DNA of 59,230 nt from positions 6,416,056 through 6,475,285 of the forward strand of contig NC_068995.1 of assembly GCF_001194135.2 (NCBI RefSeq). The letters are read 5' to 3'. Shown in pieces: positions 51,617 through 59,230 of this stretch (positions within the stretch are counted from its first letter, which is position 1; every line of letters starts with the position of its first letter). The translations under genes were made by a program, and so were the position numbers. The DNA is from Octopus bimaculoides (taxonomy: Eukaryota). The notes beneath the pieces were generated by a model. That model searched no databases and was not told the origin of the DNA. It saw nothing but the letters and a program-made list of their open reading frames with translations.

Positions 51617-53084
51617 TATTCTTGTCTATATGTGAGTTGTGTTTGCGTATTCAATATGAATATGTGTGAGATGGGTTGTGTCTGTATTGCGTGTACTGTG
51701 AGAGTGTGTGTGTATGTATGTGATATGTATGTGATATGTATGTTCTATGTGAATCTGTTTGTGTGGTATGTGTGTTTGCACCTATATGTGTGTATGTAAG
51801 TTGAGTATGTGTGTGTATGTAGGTATGTATGTATATATATATATATGTTGTGTTGTGTTGTGTTATGTTATGTTATATATGCTGACGTATTTAAACACGC
51901 GATTATTTAAATCATCAATTGGAAACACCGAATGTTGTTAATTTATTTTATATGGAATTCTCCAATGTCTGAAGAGAAAGAAAACGCAGAAAATTGAAGG
52001 CGAATCTCAAGCTTGCCTTCGCAGCTTCATTATTCACTTCCGCCGCAATTTATTTATGCTAATTCTCTATTACTGTTTATTGTATTTTCTTCTCCTGCGG
52101 GACGAAGCTGTTCAATATCCACACGTAGATACATATTTTTGAATACAATCAACTAATTACCATTCCTTTCTTCCCAGAAAATTCTGTCGTAAGAGAAATA
52201 ACCAGAATACTAAAGGTCAGAAATAGTAAATGCCTTAGAGCATTACGTTACTTTTCGCTCCTCTGTGGTCAATATATTGTGTTCTACATTATGTGCTGGA
52301 GTCGATTAAATCTACTAACTTTTCCCTTTTCAAACATACGGCAAATTAATCCCAGAGGAATTTGATTTTGGAATGGATAAATACAAGAATTTATTACATG
52401 CTTTCAAGTTTTCTGTTGAATTTCTGATCTGTGAGTTAAGTTGTACGAAGTCTAGCAGTCGATTGTTTCAGACAAAACTGGGATATATTTTGTCGTTCGT
52501 GATTTTCTAAAGGACACAGGCAATGTAAAAGTGAAACTGCATTCAGCTAGCATTAAAACTACGTAGCTCAATGAAACTTCATATTTGAGACAACGAGGGT
52601 ACCACTACAAGTGGTACATCTACTAAAGATAACAGCCAATCCTACTGAAATTATGTTTCACTGTCTTAACAATAGGAAGTTATACACTTTTGTCCTACAT
52701 AGGCAATGTTGGAGAGATAGTCATGGATGAAACGTCTTTATTATGATAGAATTGAGTAGTAACCACTCACGGGGAGATTACTAGATAACATCGATGCGGT
52801 CGACGTTTCTGTTAGAAATAGCAACAATATCACCCTAACGATTTAAAGATGTTTACATATGTTGTCTTAAATACGTTTGAATTACAGGTAGAAGAGCTAA
52901 GTATAGGCTATTCAACCATCCTTTGTATTAAGTACTATGTGTTTCATAGTTGTGTAAGGGACTTATGTTTTCTCGTCCAGACACCCACACGCTGTCATCC
53001 GCTCTCCACACTTACACTTCACCCAGCAGAATACCAACATTGTGACAGCTAATGGAAAGAGGACTGCACCACACAATTGCAGCT

Positions 53085-53200
53085 AAGTAGACTGGAGCAA
53101 GATAAAATTATGTGCCTTGCTCAAGGTTACAATGGTTTAGGAATCGGACATACGATTCCAATATTCTGAGGCTAACACCGTAGAACATGACGACATACGT
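53085..53200 (-). mobile_element. Diverged SINE fragment with CORE-like motif
   Basis: actggagcaag...tgtgccttgctcaagg...ggaatcg, the reverse complement of the motif at about 4130-4145. Confidence 0.5.
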
Positions 53201-54099
53201 TTATATGCATGTGTGCGTATGTTTGTACATAAAAGTGTGCGAATGCATGCGTGCATAAAAATTGTTATAAATTGCACCACGTGTCCAGATGTGAGGATTT
53301 CTTTTGCCTTTTGGTATTAATGATGCTAATCTCGTTATTAACTATATTTTTAATATGCCCACTGGATGTTTACAATACCACTACGTTGATTGGTAGATTC
53401 GGCTGTTATGTCTATACCGGACGTCTAGTACTGAGAAGCCTAGGTAGGGCGATATCACGTGTTAGGCAGTAGCAGGAACCGTAGCAGCCGCTTACGGCCT
53501 AAATATATATGTATATATATATATATATATAGTTACTTGTAGGTATTTATTAAATCGCGTATTTACACACACACACACACACATACATATACACACAGAC
53601 ACATTTATTTATTTTCATGATTTTTATTTTTGTTGTTTCCTTTGCTTTTCATATTACTTTAATATTACTTTATTAGAAAATTTTATTATACGAAAACTAG
53701 AGTGTGTGTATTTGTCGATGAGTGTTGTCGTACTTCATTAAAAAAAATACCCTCGCACCAAATATAGAAATATTATGTGATGTTGTTATTGCTGATAGCG
53801 GCTGTGGTGATGTTGGCGGGATCAGTTCTGCTCTCCTCGTTCTAGTTTATTTTGCCTTATTTCAACGTGACTCTTGTGAAATATTTAGCAATTTTATAGG
53901 TTATATACAAAATATTTCCATAAATTTCTTCCTCAGTGTTATGAGAAAGCATAAAAATTCTCTTTATTTTTTTACTACGTCAAATAGAAATTGAAACTGT
54001 TTCATTTGGATTAAACCGTTGAGAAAATAACATCATTTATGAGGAATGCTTTGAGTACCAGAGTGTTGTTTGTCACATATATTTTGGTACTCCGTCGAT

Positions 54100-54230
54100 A
54101 TATATGGCAGCAATAAATGAGATCGAGTACTATTCTGATAGATTCCCTGCTAGTTTTCTGAAGGAATGTAGACACCAACTTGGAGTCCCTCTAACCAGCT
54201 TCTGGAGAAATTCATTAAACTCATGTTGGA
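54100..54230 (+). mobile_element. CR1-type LINE reverse-transcriptase N-terminal fragment
   Basis: AAINEI..DRFPASFLKECRHQLGVPLTSFWRNSLNS resembles the AIxEI...PDxFPAxLLKECxxxLxxPLxxLWRxSLxxG segment upstream of RT domain 1 in CR1/L2-group LINEs. Confidence 0.7.
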
Positions 54231-54389
54231 TGTTACAGTTGCAGTTTTATTATCCAAGGAAAGTGGTGTGTAGAATGGGTAGAAAGGCTTCTTGCCCATG
54301 TTATGTAAATTCCGACAGGAATTCATATTTTGTTATTACAAATGGATACTGCAGAGACATTAATTCTGTGTGATGTTCATACAAAAGGT

Positions 54390-54451
<62 letters not shown>

Positions 54452-54470
54452 NNNNNNNNNNNNNNNNNNN

Positions 54471-54525
<55 letters not shown>

Positions 54526-55110
54526 ATATATAATTATATATTTGTGTGTGTGTATGCGTGTATGTATGTATGTATGTATGTATGTATGTATGCATGCATG
54601 TATAGATAGATAGATAGATACAATGTTATACACAACATTCTCTAAACAATGACAATCAATGCCTGTGTAAAAATATTTTTCTGCGTATTACATATATCTT
54701 CGTGGTTGAGATACCTAAAACATCCGCCTGGTATCGTAAACTGGCGTTACTCACCGCGAATCTTTACGTATCAGCTATCTCCAACTGTACTAAGTGCAAT
54801 ATACGCAACTGATCATGTGTGAGAACAATAGTAAGAAGATAAATACCGCATTCGGATAAGACTTGCTTTGGGGTTTTTTCTTTAGTGATATGGCCAATAC
54901 TTGTCTAATAAAGAACTGACGCCACCTTAAAGTAAAGGATTTGTGTGAGATTACTACAGGTTGGTAGGGGAATTAAATAAAGAAAAACCTCATGCATCAG
55001 TACCAGAAGTTTTATATGCTTTTATGGAAGTGTCAGTAGCAGATTTCCTGGAAATATCCAATTATTCAACCATCTTTCTGAAATTTTGCACGAGAAAGAA
55101 ATTAGGTCGT

Positions 55111-55160
<50 letters not shown>

Positions 55161-55215
55161 CATACATACATACATACATACATACATACATACATACATA
55201 CATACATACATAGAT

Positions 55216-55450
55216 TAAGGCGGCGAGCTGGCTGAAATGTTAGCATGCCGGGCGAAATGCTTAGCGGTATTTCGTCTGCCGTTATGTTCTGAGTTTAAAT
55301 TCCGCTGAGGTTGACATTGCCTTTCATCCTTTCGGGGTGATAAATTAAGTACCAGTTACGCACTGGGGTCGATGTAATCAACTTAATCCCGTTGTCTGTC
55401 CTTGTTTGTCCCCTCTATGTTTAGCCCCTTATGGGCAATAAAGAAATAAG
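55216..55450 (+). mobile_element. SINE family A, best-preserved full-length copy
   Basis: aaggcggcgagctggctgaaatgttagc...gagtttaaattcc (B-box-like)...gcctttcatcctttcggggtgataaattaagtaccag...aataaagaaataag followed by (ATAG)n. Confidence 0.95.
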
Positions 55451-56407
55451 ATAGATAGATAGATGACATCTTAAAAGAAAATAGCTTATTACGTAAAATA
55501 AGCAAAATATTGATATTTTCGGTTTTCGCAGTTTTTTGGAGGGATTTCTTTTTTCTCGTGCCAGTTTAAAAAATTGTACGATTTTCTGGAGATATAAATA
55601 ATATAATTTTGAAACCTTTAATGATTAAAATTTTTAGAACCCTCGGTCTTTTTGACCTTGCCCTAAACAAGATACATCGGAATCGTGTCAACGACCAAGT
55701 CGCATTTTATATCACGAAATTCTGACATTGTTGTTTCCGTTGTTGTTGTTTATGCCCATATCTGACCTGAGAAGACCCATGATCAAATGTATGCCATCCA
55801 TGACCATCCCGTTTCTTTCCAATGGTTACGTAACCCTAGACCACGTTACGTAATGAATCAAGAACGATGGGGTTTGATTAGAAGGACAAATATTTGATCT
55901 TCTGCGTTTGAACTTCTACGTTTGATTTTATTGAAAATTTCTTCACAGATATAGTTTTTAATTGCAGTTACCTCTCCAATCAATTTGCCCAAGATGGTTG
56001 TAATTTATCCGATTTCTATGGATTGCTATGGGAACGGATGATAATTCCGATTTCCGGCATGAAGAGAATGGAATGATCTGATTGGCTAAAATAACAACAA
56101 CAAAAATCAATCTTAAACGATTCGTAAATTTTTATTAATTTCTCCAACAATAGTTTTATTTTCTAAATTGACATTTAAAAAAGAAACTAAATCTTTTTTG
56201 GACATTTACAACAAAATTTGGAAAAATATTTCAAAATAAGAAGAAATTATTTTTTTTAATATTTAGTCGTACGTTTTCTGACAAAGAAACGGTCCAGACT
56301 TAATAGGCGATAATGAAAAAAAAAAAATAAATAAACATTGAGAGACGTCAAAATCTGGGTATATTGAAAGTGGAAGAACTGTCAAGATACAAGCATTTTG
56401 AAATCAG

Positions 56408-56490
56408 ACGTGACTGTGTGGTAACAAACTTGCTTTCCAACCACATGGTTCCTGGTTCAGTCCCACTGCGTAGTAACCTGAGCCGGATTT
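56408..56490 (+). mobile_element. SINE family B head
   Basis: cgtgactgtgtggtaacaaacttgctttccaaccacatggttcctggttcagtcccactgcg matches the reverse complement of 1760-1826. Confidence 0.85.
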
Positions 56491-56653
56491 CAACTCAGGG
56501 CAGTTTAGTTTTGTTTCTCAATGTTCACCACTCAAATCTTACCAGGATTGATANNNNNNNNNNNNNNNNNNNNNNNNNNNNNNNNNNNNNNNNNNNNNNN
56601 NNNNNNNNNNNNNNNNNNNNNNNNNNNNNNNNNNNNNNNNNNNNNNNNNNNNN

Positions 56654-56697
<44 letters not shown>

Positions 56698-56770
56698 TGA
56701 ATAGAAAGGGTGAGAGAAATATACATATATACACATACATGTGTGTGTATACGCACGTATGAAACGTATG

Positions 56771-56801
<31 letters not shown>

Positions 56802-57039
56802 ATACGGAGGCATGTATGTATGTTTGTGTCAAAACATGCTTTGTTGAGCCTTAAGGCATGATTAACAGGCAAGCAAAGCAGGATTTATGAATCTGAATTT
56901 AAAACGGAAAATAAAAACGACAACAGCAATAACAACAACAACAACGACGACGAAAGTGAAGACGGCGATAGAGACGACGGCAACAACGATGGTGGTGGTG
57001 GTGGTGGTGGTGGTTTCGATGATGACGACCACAACGACG

Positions 57040-57775
57040 ACGGTGATGCTGATGACGACGATGATGACGATGTCAATGAAGATGATGGTGGTGATGATGA
57101 TGATGATGACGACGACGACGATGACGATGNNNNNNNNNNNNNNNNNNNNNNNNNNNNNNNNNNNNNNNNNNNNNNNNNNNNNNNNNNNNNNNNNNNNNNN
57201 NNNNNNNNNNNNNNNNNNNNNNNNNNNNNNNNNNNNNNNNNNNNNNNNNNNNNNNNNNNNNNNNNNNNNNNNNNNNNNNNNNNNNNNNNNNNNNNNNNNN
57301 NNNNNNNNNNNNNNNNNNNNNNNNNNNNNNNNNNNNNNNNNNNNNNNNNNNNNNNNNNNNNNNNNNNNNNNNNNNNNNNNNNNNNNNNNNNNNNNNNNNN
57401 NNNNNNNNNNNNNNNNNNNNNNNNNNNNNNNNNNNNNNNNNNNAGATGATGGTGATGATGATGATGATGATGACGACGACGACGATGACGATGACGATGA
57501 AGATGATGGTGATGATGATGATGATGATGACGACGACGACGACGATGACGATGACGATGAAGATGATGGTGATGATGATGATGAGGCGGAGCAGGAGCAG
57601 GAGGAGGATGGTTATGATGGCGACGACGACGACGACGATGTTGTTGATGATGATGATGATGATGATGCCGACGAGACTGATATCGATTGAGAGACGGATG
57701 ATGATGATGATAGTGATTATGATAGAAGATGCTGGCGATGACGATGATGATGATGATGATGATGAAGAAGATAAA
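57040..57775 (+). repeat. (GAT/GAC)n tract with a 57-60-bp higher-order unit spanning an N-gap
   Basis: agatgatggt restarts at 57444, 57501 and 57561; a similar unit precedes the gap at about 57080. Confidence 0.9.
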
Positions 57776-58344
57776 GATTTTAGTTTCGAAATAGCGGAAT
57801 TGGGAAGAAAATGGCGGCTAGTGCTACGAGGTATAACGCATACAAAACAACAATCAAAATAATAATAACAAAAAAAAAGGAAAAAGAAGGCAAATAAATT
57901 CTAGTAAAAGGGAAATGGTCTTTAAAAATTTCTGTCACCTTTACAAACACCGAAATGCGGTTGGGTAACATGCACTTGGTTTATAGGTGAGCGAACTTGT
58001 TGAACATTAGAAAAATAATCCCAGGTGAATTCTATGCGAGCGCTTTAGTATGGAAGCCCAACGGCTGTTGTCAGTAATTGCTGGCACTATCAGCGAGAAC
58101 ATGCGTTGATTTATAAGAAGATTCACTAATTCACCAGTACAAACCGACTATGAAGGAGCTAGTACTGCCTGTGTGTATTAGTTCCATATGCTACAATATG
58201 TAGCTAAAACTCCCTCTATATCATTCTGCGGGAAAAATTATGGACATACTGGATGATATAGTCCGAGATAAGTTATGCCAGAAAAGACATGGTGGTCGTG
58301 GGAAGAAGGCTTTTGATCAAAGACAAACAGAGCCATTGTCCTGT

Positions 58345-58562
58345 AATTTGCATATTTTACGTGTCCTTACCATTGGTTTGCGGCCATGCTGGGACATTGC
58401 CTTGAAGGTTGTAGTCGGAAAACAAATCAATGCTAATACATGTCTTTAAGACCGGTGTTCTATTTTTATGCTATCTGTCACATTTACCGAACCGCTAAGT
58501 TATGGGGATGTAAACAAACCAACACATGTTGTTAAGTGGTGGGGGTTAACGAACAAAACACG
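58345..58562 (-). mobile_element. SINE family B 3' half
   Basis: gcggccatgctgggacattgccttgaag ... ccgaaccgctaagttatggggatgtaaac matches 1170-1300. Confidence 0.85.
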
Positions 58563-59198
58563 CGGTGCTGACTGGAAATCCATGATGTTGGGAAGCCAGC
58601 CTCTTACCACACTCTCATGGTATCTTCACTTTTTGTCACCCTATGACAAAATTAGCGAGCGTGCATTTTCTTTCTAATACGGTAGAGTCTTCTTCACAGT
58701 AGATATTTACCTACTGCTTTTAGCAGGTCATAAGCCTGCTTCACATGGCTCTTGCTTGATTCTTTAGCCACAAGATTATTTCGTTTTCAATTTCATATTT
58801 ATTTTTGTAGCCGAATTCGCTTTTGTTGAACTACTGGTATACCTGCTCTGTCTGCTAACCTCCCAATCCACTGAGCAGTCTTTGTATTGGCTAGACACCA
58901 TTTTTCGAATTCAAATACATTTCGCAGCAAAGAGAAATATTTTTCACATTTCAGGTGATACAAAATACAAACAGAATTCATCAGAGAACATCGGTTTTTA
59001 ATGAATATTATGCAAAGTAGAATGATATTATCGATAATGAATGCGCATATATTAATATTATGTATTATATACATTTATAAATTGGATACTCTTAAAAACC
59101 ACGCACACTAAAGAACAGATATGTATGTATATATGTATATAAACCGTATACTTATACGCACACACGCAGCTAAATTCACGCTTATATATATGCATGTA

Positions 59199-59230
<32 letters not shown>

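Noticed and set aside
58768-59001. Plus frame DYFVFNFIFIFVAEFAFVELL resembling the M3 helix of a ligand-gated ion channel
   Set aside because: Only a few residues match, the T-rich sequence explains the hydrophobicity, and no M1, M2 or Cys-loop exons were found.

Overview
Eukaryotic, AT-rich, largely non-coding DNA from a gapped assembly. It has 18 N-gaps totalling about 6.8 kb, most flanked by (TA)n. The mix of very dense di-, tri- and tetranucleotide microsatellites and the recurring tRNA-derived SINE families looks like an octopus (coleoid cephalopod) genome; this is an inference from recalled repeat sequences, not a database result. Nearly all ORFs in the supplied track are artefacts of microsatellites or N-runs. 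Supported content: (1) about 20 SINE copies from several families; (2) an internally deleted Chapaev3-type DNA transposon at 30853-32065 with TIRs and a TAA target duplication; (3) fragments of three LINE clades (R4/Dong endonuclease next to a (TAA)n array, CR1-type RT, RTE-type C-terminus); (4) minimal type-I hammerhead-ribozyme folds of the Penelope/retrozyme kind in at least three repeat families, one next to a tRNA-like Pol III head and one with a shared CUGUUGA core variant; (5) a ~300-bp foldback element; (6) a tentative minus-strand 4-exon 3' gene end (9748 to 668) whose spliced peptide resembles an ASPIC/UnbV domain. All alignments were done by eye; no searches were run.
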